DNA of 64,000 nucleotides, taken from positions 32,001 to 96,000 of the forward strand of contig CBDFFH010000055.1 of NCBI GenBank assembly GCA_965246715.1. The letters run 5' to 3'. Both the position numbers and the translations under genes were made by a program. The DNA comes from Chamaesiphon sp. (lineage in GTDB: Bacteria > Cyanobacteriota > Cyanobacteriia > Cyanobacteriales > Chamaesiphonaceae). This document shows, piece by piece, positions 9,250-17,139 of this stretch; within the stretch, counting starts at the first letter, position 1, and the number at the start of each line of letters is the position of its first letter. A model generated the notes under the pieces. It had not been told where the DNA came from, ran no database searches, and saw only the letters and a list, made by a program, of their open reading frames with translations.

Positions 9250-9520
9250 GTCGAATCTGCTAGCCCGCGCAGTCGCAATGAAATCCCCAACCATACCACT
9301 GGTGAATTTACCGGTGCGGTAATCGAAAATGCCGACTTTACCAACGTCCAAGAAATGTCTGAAGACCAACGCAAATACTGTTGTGCCTGGTGTGGTGAAG
9401 CCTCCCGCCAGACGATTCCCGGTGGCTGTGAAGGTATTCCTAGCAAAGTACCAGAGAAAAAACGTTAAAGTAACGATCGATTAGCCCCCAGAACAGCTAA
9501 ATCTAAAATTAGATAAAGTT
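9250..9520 (+). repeat. 271-bp direct repeat, right copy (orphan 3' fragment of pentapeptide gene)
   Basis: Near-identical to 4568-4838; explains ORF 9169..9468 ending ...PSKVPEKKR. Confidence 0.97.
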
Positions 9521-9895
9521 GGTATTCTTGGTTCTACCGAACTTACCTTGTTTGTCATTCTAGAAGATCTAAAATGGAAAGAGAGGGCATAAAGGAGACA
9601 GGGCATATGATACAGCCAAGAGCCTCACAACCGATTGGCAAATAAAATCTGGTTGGAAGTCAATGCTAAATAATATTCAGTTACTATTAGTACCACTTTT
9701 AGCTTTTAATTTAGTTAAACCTTGGTTGCGGGTTTTTAATAATCCTCTCCTTGTTAGTAGTTTTCTTACTTTGATTTCGCTTGTCAATCTCTGCGCTAAT
9801 GCCTTTATCAATCGAGACTTAACTACGATTCATTCATTTTCTTCTACCTAGAGTGACAAACAAGGGCTAAGGTCTAACTTCTGATGCTGCGATAT

Positions 9896-10477
9896 CTAGA
9901 CATGACTGAAGACAGTAGCAATTTGGGTCGATTGCTGACCGATTTTGGGTAAGTCTAATTCTAGCTTGGGTGGATGCGGTTGTTGTAGGCTAATACTTCT
10001 AACTGCGAGTCGATCGGTAACTGCAATTAGATCGGCTTGAAGTTGGCGATTTTCATGTTGCAATGCCATGATTTTTGACTTGATCGGAGCCAAGCGTTCG
10101 GCAAATTTACGCGTATAAACTTTAGGTAATTCGCGAATCACTTGTTCTAACATTTGACCGCGTTCGCTGAGTTCTCGGATCGTTTGGCGCAGTTGCTGAA
10201 TTTCGAGATCGCGGCGTTGGAGTTGGTCTTGATAATAATGAACTTGTTGTTCGACTCCTTGAAGTTGTTCGCGCAAAAGCCTGACTTCGGCTCGATAGTC
10301 GCCAGCTACTTCGGGTCTGGGTGCATAAGCAGTATTGTCTTTGACTAGCCGAAACAGTTCTTGTGATAACTGTTGGACTAGTTTGTCACGCGTGCTGAGT
10401 TCTTCGCGAAACCGCGCGATTTCTGCCTTGAGAGTAGATACGTTAGTGGATTGAGTTTGGTTCACAGTGTCGCCCAC
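9896..10477 (-). CDS. Conserved cyanobacterial coiled-coil protein (Npun_F5560-like)
   Basis: RDKLVQQLSQELFRLVK motif; heptad-rich. Confidence 0.75.
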   Translation of the reverse strand: MGDTVNQTQSTNVSTLKAEIARFREELSTRDKLVQQLSQELFRLVKDNTAYAPRPEVAGDYRAEVRLLREQLQGVEQQVHYYQDQLQRRDLEIQQLRQTIRELSERGQMLEQVIRELPKVYTRKFAERLAPIKSKIMALQHENRQLQADLIAVTDRLAVRSISLQQPHPPKLELDLPKIGQQSTQIATVFSHV

Positions 10478-10634
10478 AATGTTTAAGCTAAACTTACCAG
10501 AAATCCTGGTCTGGTGGCTAGGGGGTAGTGAGGTAGTAAATATCTAAAGATCGCCAGTTCGGTCAACTATCCCATCACCTCGGATCGTGATAGTGTTATG
10601 GAAGCAAACATATCAGCCAGCGAACGGGCAGCTA

Positions 10635-12068
10635 ATGATGAGCGCAGGTAGTAGCAGTAAGCATCAAATTAATTTTGGGACTGACGGTTGGCGGGGCATT
10701 ATCGCAGATGATTTTACATTTGCGAATGTGTGTAAGGTAACATGCGCGATCGCCGCCTATCTCAGCACGGCATACAGTCAGGATCGTCCTGTCTTGATTG
10801 CCTATGATACTAGATTTTTAGCAGAAAAATTCGCGCAGACAGCGGCGGAAGTATTGGCCGACTTGGGTTGGACGGTGAAAGTTGTCGATCGAGATTGTCC
10901 GACACCAGTAATTGCTTACAATGCTAGGTTATTAAACTCGGCGGGTGCGCTGATGTTTACCGCAAGTCACAATCCAGCACCTTATTGTGGGATTAAGTAT
11001 ATTCCCGATTATGCTGGGCCAGCGACTCCATCGATTACCGATACGATCGTCGCAAATCTAGCAACTGCTAGCGATGCGCCGCCAGAAAATAAACATGGCG
11101 ATCGGATTAGTACTTTCGATCCGCAACCAGAATATTTTAAATTTATTTACACGATTTTAGATGTCGATCGGATTCGATCGGCGAAACTAAAAGTTAAATA
11201 TGATGCGATGTACTCTACGTCGCGGGGATATTTAGATAAAGTCTTGATTCACTGCGGCTGCGAGATCGAAACTTTTCACATGCAGCGGGATGTGCTATTT
11301 GGGGGTGGAATGCCAGAACCCAAAGCCGAACTCTTAGGCGAACTGATCGCTGCAGTCCAAAACGATAAAGCCGATCTCGGTGTCGCGACGGATGGTGATA
11401 GCGATCGATTTGGGATCGTAGACGAACTCGGTAACGTCCTCACGCCAAATACCGTCTTACTCGTCCTTGCCAAGCATTTAATCAAGAATAAGGGTAAAAC
11501 GGGTGCGATCGTCCGCACGGTGGCAACTACCCACCTCCTAGACAACTTTGCAGCCAAGCATGGTGTTCCCCTAATTGAAACCGCTGTTGGATTCAAATAT
11601 ATCGGCGAGCAAATGCGCCAAACCCAGGTACTCATTGGTGGGGAAGAATCTGGTGGATTGAGTATCATCGGACATATTCCCGAAAAAGATGGGGTATTAG
11701 CCGATATGCTGATTGCGGAAGCGATCGCGTATGAAGGCAAACCATTGAGTCAAATGGTCGAGGAAGTCATCGCCGAAGCTGGTGGCCCCCTGTATAACCG
11801 TCGTCTGGATTTACATCTAGACAACGCTCACAAAAAGACGGTGATGGAGACTTATACTACCAATCCGCCAACAAATATCGCGGGGATTGATGTTAAAGAA
11901 GTCGGTCGCAAAGATGGGGTCAAATTCTATCTCACCGATGGTAGTTGGATTCTGTTGCGCGCCTCCGGTACCGAACCGTTGATCCGCGTTTATCTAGAAA
12001 CCCATTCTCCCGAACAGTTGCAGAAACTAGCATCAACGATGGAAGCTGCGATCGATGCTCTGAAGTAA
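10635..12068 (+). CDS. Phosphoglucomutase/phosphomannomutase family protein
   Basis: FGTDGWRG, TASHNP (phospho-Ser), DGDSDR metal loop, GGEESGG. Confidence 0.95.
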   Translation: MMSAGSSSKHQINFGTDGWRGIIADDFTFANVCKVTCAIAAYLSTAYSQDRPVLIAYDTRFLAEKFAQTAAEVLADLGWTVKVVDRDCPTPVIAYNARLLNSAGALMFTASHNPAPYCGIKYIPDYAGPATPSITDTIVANLATASDAPPENKHGDRISTFDPQPEYFKFIYTILDVDRIRSAKLKVKYDAMYSTSRGYLDKVLIHCGCEIETFHMQRDVLFGGGMPEPKAELLGELIAAVQNDKADLGVATDGDSDRFGIVDELGNVLTPNTVLLVLAKHLIKNKGKTGAIVRTVATTHLLDNFAAKHGVPLIETAVGFKYIGEQMRQTQVLIGGEESGGLSIIGHIPEKDGVLADMLIAEAIAYEGKPLSQMVEEVIAEAGGPLYNRRLDLHLDNAHKKTVMETYTTNPPTNIAGIDVKEVGRKDGVKFYLTDGSWILLRASGTEPLIRVYLETHSPEQLQKLASTMEAAIDALK

Positions 12069-12091
12069 GATTATCGATCGAGCTACTATAA

Positions 12092-12125
12092 AGATCCCCG
12101 ACTTCTCGAAAGAAGTCGGGGATCT
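12092..12125. repeat. Palindromic dispersed repeat / terminator-like hairpin
   Basis: agatccccgacttct-cgaa-agaagtcggggatct; related copy at 49908-49936. Confidence 0.8.
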
Positions 12126-12223
12126 GGCATTTATAATTGTTTCGTGCTAGGCATCGAGTGAAGCCGAGATGCAATCCCCAATCTAGCGTTATCCAAATCT
12201 AAATTCCTCGTCCTCAATCGATT

Positions 12224-12988
12224 ATGGCTAATATTGGAACAATTGCCGTTCGGTTTTATGCGCGTGCTGGCAATCGATATAATGATGGATTAAAAGAAGC
12301 ATATATATTGCGATTGTTATTAGGAGATCGGTTTTCCTACAACGTGCCAGTATATATAGATTATGGTTTTGGGTATCTTGACATACAATATGGTTCTCGT
12401 TGGGCTTCGGCACAGAGAGTAAAAGATGTTATCGATCGATACGGACATTTATTCGATCGAACTTGGATAAGGTATAGCGATGACGGAAGAAATGAAGATT
12501 ATTTATTTCCTTGGGATAAAGACGATTGGGAGAAGGAAACCCCTTTTGATACGCGCAAATGTCGATATGGGATCGATCGAATTAAAATTTACGATCGAGA
12601 GCCACCCGATGAGAGCTGGCAAGCTGATGGCGATGGATGGACTCTAGCAATCGAAGGAGGTTATTACACATTGAATAGTCGCTCGACTTTAGGAGATCGG
12701 ATGTGTCCTATTTCAACTCTGACAACTCCCACCGATGGGTTTGCTAATCTCTATGACTTAGTGCCAGAGGCTTTTGCCAAAATTCATGAGACACTTCCAA
12801 AAGATCGATGTCGGATTGAATATCTTTGGAAAGACAGAATCGTTCATGTCTCTTTTCCTTGTAAATCCGATGGTTTCTCTGAAGATCCGTGGGTAGAATA
12901 CTCGCTTGACTATGGGGATAATTGTGTCGATCCAGAATATCTTGATTACCACGAAAGGATGAGAAAATCGATCTCTAGGTCATTGTAG
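12224..12988 (+). CDS. Hypothetical protein (no family recognised)
   Basis: 254-aa ORF, Trp/Tyr/Asp rich, AT-richer than neighbours. Confidence 0.7.
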   Translation: MANIGTIAVRFYARAGNRYNDGLKEAYILRLLLGDRFSYNVPVYIDYGFGYLDIQYGSRWASAQRVKDVIDRYGHLFDRTWIRYSDDGRNEDYLFPWDKDDWEKETPFDTRKCRYGIDRIKIYDREPPDESWQADGDGWTLAIEGGYYTLNSRSTLGDRMCPISTLTTPTDGFANLYDLVPEAFAKIHETLPKDRCRIEYLWKDRIVHVSFPCKSDGFSEDPWVEYSLDYGDNCVDPEYLDYHERMRKSISRSL

Positions 12989-13041
12989 GCATCATAGGTA
13001 ACAAGTTATAAATTGACTTGGCAGAAAAACCCAACACAATT

Positions 13042-13220
13042 CAGCATATAATACTCCGTAGGGTGGGCACTGTCCACAGTCTAGATTTTGGTTATAATCT
13101 AGGGTGAAAAATTGCACCTACCTACTTAACAGCATATAATACTCCGTAGGGTGGGCACTGCCCACAGTCTAGATTTTGGTTGTAATCTATGGTGAAAAAT
13201 TGCACCTACCTACTTAACAG
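13042..13220. repeat. Two tandem 88-bp REP/REPIN-like units
   Basis: Units start at 13042 and 13130 (3 mismatches). Each has GTAGGGTGGGCACTG(T/C)CCAC, an inner CTAGATT-N8-AATCTA, and a degenerate inverted end TGCACCTACCTAC. Confidence 0.9.
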
Positions 13221-13226
13221 AGTCAG

Positions 13227-13448
13227 ATGACTAATTTTATTATCTCGGCGATCGCGGCTAGCTGGATCTTACTATTAGCACTAATCTCCGTGCAAAATGC
13301 CACGATTGTCAGCCTCAAATTCTTAATTTGGCAATCGATCGAGTTACCTTGGGGTTTGATTTTAGCTGGTGCGGTCGGAATTGGCTTTGTGCTGGGTGGG
13401 TGGTTATCGCAACTGAGTAGTGACTTCAACGCTGCAAAACGCAGGTAA
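13227..13448 (+). CDS. LapA/DUF1049-family small membrane protein
   Basis: ISVQNATIVSLKFLIWQSIELPWGLIL pattern with two hydrophobic segments. Confidence 0.8.
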   Translation: MTNFIISAIAASWILLLALISVQNATIVSLKFLIWQSIELPWGLILAGAVGIGFVLGGWLSQLSSDFNAAKRR

Positions 13449-13504
13449 GATCGACCTAACATCAAGGTCTGACTAGTTACATCTCATCGCACCGATCGCA
13501 CGCG

Positions 13505-13699
13505 CTAGTCCTGCGGCTGACCGAGATCGTCCGCTTCCACGATCGAGTCATCTTTAGACATTGGTTTACTCTTAGCCTTGCGAATCAATTGAGCGATCGT
13601 CCGCGAAAGGGAAAGCCCCGACTCCTTCGCCAGCTTTTCCAGCTTCTCGCGTTCTATCTCGTCCAAAGACACATTCAGTCGATTTTTTTTGGTGCTCAC
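13505..13699 (-). CDS. Ribbon-helix-helix (CopG-like) protein
   Basis: RLNVSLDEIEREKLEKLAKESGLSLSRTIAQLIR; GTG start. Confidence 0.7.
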   Translation of the reverse strand: MSTKKNRLNVSLDEIEREKLEKLAKESGLSLSRTIAQLIRKAKSKPMSKDDSIVEADDLGQPQD

Positions 13700-14007
13700 A
13701 GTGCAAAAGTGGTGTAACTATGGTACCTGTTTCCCCAGTTAGAAACTCGGCAGGGTCTAGATTATTAACGTTTGTGACAAAGACGATCGGAAACAGACAT
13801 AGAGATCGCAAAACATTGTATAAATTTAATTTAACAGGTAGCAGTGGTTGCTGAGCGATCGCATAGTGCAGACTGGCGAAAACTTGTTAGCCTCTCATAT
13901 TAATACGAGAGTTTTCACAGATTTATTAAGCTATGTTACGCAATGAGCGCGGCAATAGCGAATAAACTTGATACCAAAACGATTAAACCCACAAGGAATT
14001 AAAAATT

Positions 14008-14526
14008 ATGTTAGACGGATTTTCTAAAGTAGTGGCTCAAGCCGACGCACAAGGTCAATACATCAGTGCCGCTCAATTAGATGCGTTATCGGCAATGGTT
14101 GCGGATGGCAACAAACGGATGGATACCGTCAACCGGATCACGAGCAACTCGTCAACGATCGTCGCTAACGCAGCACGTTCATTGTTTGCCGAACAACCGA
14201 ACTTGATCGCTCCCGGTGGAAACGCTTACACCAACCGTCGCATGGCTGCTTGCTTGCGCGACATGGAAATCATCCTCCGCTATGTTACTTACGCGATTTT
14301 TGCAGGCGATGCTTCCGTCTTAGACGATCGCTGCTTGAATGGCTTACGCGAAACTTACTTAGCACTGGGTACTCCTGGTGCTTCGGTAGCTGTTGGCGTT
14401 GGCAAAATGAAAGATGCTGCCCTAGCAATTGCTGGCGACAAAAATGGCATCACCAATGGCGATTGTAGCTCCTTGATGTCCGAAGTTGCTAGCTACTTCG
14501 ATCGCGCTGCTGCTGCTGTCGGTTAA
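14008..14526 (+). CDS. cpcB: C-phycocyanin beta subunit
   Basis: 172 aa; [17 protein letters not shown] and GDCSSL chromophore cysteines. Confidence 0.98.
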   Translation: MLDGFSKVVAQADAQGQYISAAQLDALSAMVADGNKRMDTVNRITSNSSTIVANAARSLFAEQPNLIAPGGNAYTNRRMAACLRDMEIILRYVTYAIFAGDASVLDDRCLNGLRETYLALGTPGASVAVGVGKMKDAALAIAGDKNGITNGDCSSLMSEVASYFDRAAAAVG

Positions 14527-14528
14527 AA

Positions 14529-14553
14529 GATTTTGGATTTTGGATTTTGGATT
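14529..14553 (+). repeat. Heptamer tandem repeat (GATTTTG)n, STRR-like
   Basis: gattttggattttggattttggatt in the cpcB-cpcA spacer. Confidence 0.8.
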
Positions 14554-14649
14554 GTATCCAAGGCTCAGAGTCTGAGGTTGCAAAATCGTTATCTTTGTCT
14601 GCCGCAATTTATCAACTTTTATTCAGAACCAGTCACCTAATTAAAGAAC

Positions 14650-15138
14650 ATGAAAACTCCATTAACCGAAGCAGTATCTACCGCTGATTCCCAAGGTCGC
14701 TTTTTGAGCAGCACTGAAATGCAAGTAGCTTTCGGTCGGTTCCGTCAAGCTGGTGCGAGCTTAGAAGCAGCCAAAGGTTTGACTTCTAAAGCTGATGCCT
14801 TGACTAAAGGTGCCGCTAACGCTGTATACCAAAAATTCCCCTACACCACTCAAATGCAAGGCCCTAACTTTGCTGCTGACGAGCGTGGTAAAGCCAAATG
14901 TGCTCGTGACATCGGTTACTATCTCCGCATGGTTACCTACTGTCTAGTTGTCGGTGGTACTGGCCCCATGGATGACTACCTCATTGGTGGTTTGGCTGAA
15001 ATCAACAAGACTTTCGACCTATCCCCTAGCTGGTATGTTGAAGCACTCAAGTACATCAAAGGCAACCACGGTTTGTCTGGTGATGCTGCTGTTGAAGCTA
15101 ATTCCTACCTCGACTATGCCATCAATGCCTTGAGCTAG
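14650..15138 (+). CDS. cpcA: C-phycocyanin alpha subunit
   Basis: [20 protein letters not shown]...[13 protein letters not shown], 162 aa. Confidence 0.98.
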   Translation: MKTPLTEAVSTADSQGRFLSSTEMQVAFGRFRQAGASLEAAKGLTSKADALTKGAANAVYQKFPYTTQMQGPNFAADERGKAKCARDIGYYLRMVTYCLVVGGTGPMDDYLIGGLAEINKTFDLSPSWYVEALKYIKGNHGLSGDAAVEANSYLDYAINALS

Positions 15139-15191
15139 TCGATTTCTCGACGATGCGATCGATGCTTTGAGCTAGTCGTTAGTCAATCGAA

Positions 15192-15256
15192 CCCGCAGTT
15201 ATATCCGCTTACTGGCAATTTCGTCGGCGATAGGATGTGACTGCGGGAATTTTTTT
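15192..15256 (+). terminator. Stem-loop plus U-tract after cpcA
   Basis: cccgcagttatatcc pairs with ggatgtgactgcggg (two G-U), followed by aattttttt. Confidence 0.75.
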
Positions 15257-15404
15257 AGGGGAGAGGGGGAGAGTGGGGGAAATAATTGGTAGGAATCAAT
15301 CCGCAATCCGTAATCCACACAATCCCCAATCGAACCAGGAGAGTGTGAATATCAAGGCAGGATTGGGTTAAGGTAGATTCAGATAGTTATCGATCGATAA
15401 AGCA

Positions 15405-16220
15405 ATGAATGATGAATCTCCGATTATCGATGGCGAGCCGTTAACTGTACCCCAAGCGATCGCTAATCTCTCTGGGGAAGATTTAGGTCTGCGGATCTAT
15501 GCAGCTTGGTGGTTGGGTAAATTTCGGGTGGACGCTCCTCCGGTTGTCCCTGGATTGATTGCCGCGTTAGAAGATGAAGCGGATCGCACGCCCGATGGTG
15601 GCTATCCGTTGCGGCGCAATGCAGCGAGAGCTTTAGGTAAATTAAGCGATCGCAGTGCCGTACCCGCCTTAATTGCTGCTCTAAATTGCACAGATTTTTA
15701 TGTGCGGGAGGCTGCAGCACAGTCTTTAGAAATGTTAGGCGATCCGATCTGTGTTCCACAGTTGACTCAGCTTATCTCGGCAGTAGTGCAAGATGGTAAG
15801 TTACTGCCACAGGGGGAAGATTTTTCACAGCCTTATGATGCGATCGTAGAAGCATTAGGCACGCTGGGTGCGACAGCTGCGGTACCCTCGATCCAACCCT
15901 TCCTCTCACATCCGATTCCCCGAGTTAAATATGCAGCGGCACGGGCGATGTACCAATTGACTCAGGATGACACCTATGGCGATCGATTGGTCGAATTCTT
16001 ATCAGATAGCAATTTGCAAGTCAGGCGGGCATTGCTGTCCGATTTAGGTGCGATCGGGTATCTTCCCGCAGCAGTGCCAATCTCCCAAGCACATGCCGAA
16101 AATAGTCTGAAATTAATCGCGCTCAAAGGATTATTAGAGAAGCAAATTATGCTCTCGCCCCTCGATCGATTATCGGATGGTGCGATTCAAGTCATGCAGT
16201 TGATGGATGAATTGCTGTGA
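15405..16220 (+). CDS. cpcE: Phycocyanin alpha phycocyanobilin lyase CpcE
   Basis: YAAWWLG, DRTPDGGYPLRRNAARALG, ENSLKLIALKG; HEAT repeats; follows cpcA. Confidence 0.95.
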   Translation: MNDESPIIDGEPLTVPQAIANLSGEDLGLRIYAAWWLGKFRVDAPPVVPGLIAALEDEADRTPDGGYPLRRNAARALGKLSDRSAVPALIAALNCTDFYVREAAAQSLEMLGDPICVPQLTQLISAVVQDGKLLPQGEDFSQPYDAIVEALGTLGATAAVPSIQPFLSHPIPRVKYAAARAMYQLTQDDTYGDRLVEFLSDSNLQVRRALLSDLGAIGYLPAAVPISQAHAENSLKLIALKGLLEKQIMLSPLDRLSDGAIQVMQLMDELL

Positions 16221-16398
16221 GCGCGCTGCAAAGATTGGAATAGTCGGATTGAATAGTTTTAGTAAAATTGAAAATGATTGCTTCGATCGATCCAACTTTA
16301 TTGATAAAGAGAATTAGCATCGATCGATGATGTCCGATTTAGATCGAGCCAGCAGTGAATTTGATTACCCGATCGGGTTCACTACTGTTGATGCGCCA

Positions 16399-17025
16399 CT
16401 AACTACGATTCTTCTGCCGATCGGACGCTAACTTCCGTCTTACCAGTACAGTCGCAAAACCCACGATCGCCGTACCGATTAGACTAGAAGGTTCTGGTAC
16501 TGCCGTTGCTACAGGAGTGAAGATAATATCGACTGCATAATCAGTACTTCCACCAAAAAAATCACCAGCATTCGGGTAACCCCCTGGGTAAGTACTCCCA
16601 GATCCATTCGTTAAGTTGCCAAATACTGCCAGCACTGCCCGATAATTGCCCGCTGATAAAATCGTGCTGAAATTAAAATCTGGGTCGCCAGAAGGAGTGT
16701 CGTCGCTATCGACAAGCCACTTATTTGACGAATCAAAAATAGTGATATTGGGATCGAAACCTCCAGCCGAGATCGTGTTTCCGACATAATTAGTGCCGCT
16801 ACCAGATCCACCATAACCATAAGATCTAAGTGTCACGTTCGAGGCACTAGCGATTGTAAACGGGAGCGAAACCAAGTCGTTAGCACCGGCTAATTTTCCG
16901 GTACACGAACGACTGCCAGTTCCAGCACATGTAATAATTACAGCCCGTGCGGGTGCAGAATCGATCGCGATGGCAGTCGTGGCAGTTGCAATGCCTAAAA
17001 GTGCGGCAATTGTTAAGTTTTTCAT
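16399..17025 (-). CDS. PEP-CTERM sorting domain exoprotein
   Basis: Signal peptide ending ARA; C-terminal VPEPSS + TM + RRK. Confidence 0.92.
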   Translation of the reverse strand: MKNLTIAALLGIATATTAIAIDSAPARAVIITCAGTGSRSCTGKLAGANDLVSLPFTIASASNVTLRSYGYGGSGSGTNYVGNTISAGGFDPNITIFDSSNKWLVDSDDTPSGDPDFNFSTILSAGNYRAVLAVFGNLTNGSGSTYPGGYPNAGDFFGGSTDYAVDIIFTPVATAVPEPSSLIGTAIVGFATVLVRRKLASDRQKNRS

Positions 17026-17088
17026 GATTTATATTCGGATAGATGAGTTAAAAAGCAGCAGGAAAAGTGGCGATTTATTTGTCGATTT

Positions 17089-17111
17089 ACCGAGCGGCAA
17101 TTACCGCTCGG
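17089..17111 (-). terminator. Hairpin downstream of the giant gene
   Basis: ccgagcgg-caatta-ccgctcgg. Confidence 0.55.
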
Positions 17112-17139
17112 CATCGATTTTAGACGTAGAGCGCGACGA

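Noticed and set aside
9169..9468. 99-aa ORF ending like the pentapeptide protein
   Set aside because: Chimeric read-through into the duplicated 3' fragment; treated as part of the repeat, not a gene.
4568..9520. DGR template/variable repeat pair
   Set aside because: Mismatches are few, clustered and not adenine-specific; no reverse transcriptase in the window.
9663..9851. 62-aa hydrophobic ORF
   Set aside because: AT-rich, no RBS or recognisable motif; cannot be supported.
13042..13220. Possible CRISPR array
   Set aside because: Only two whole-unit copies with no unique spacers, and no cas genes.
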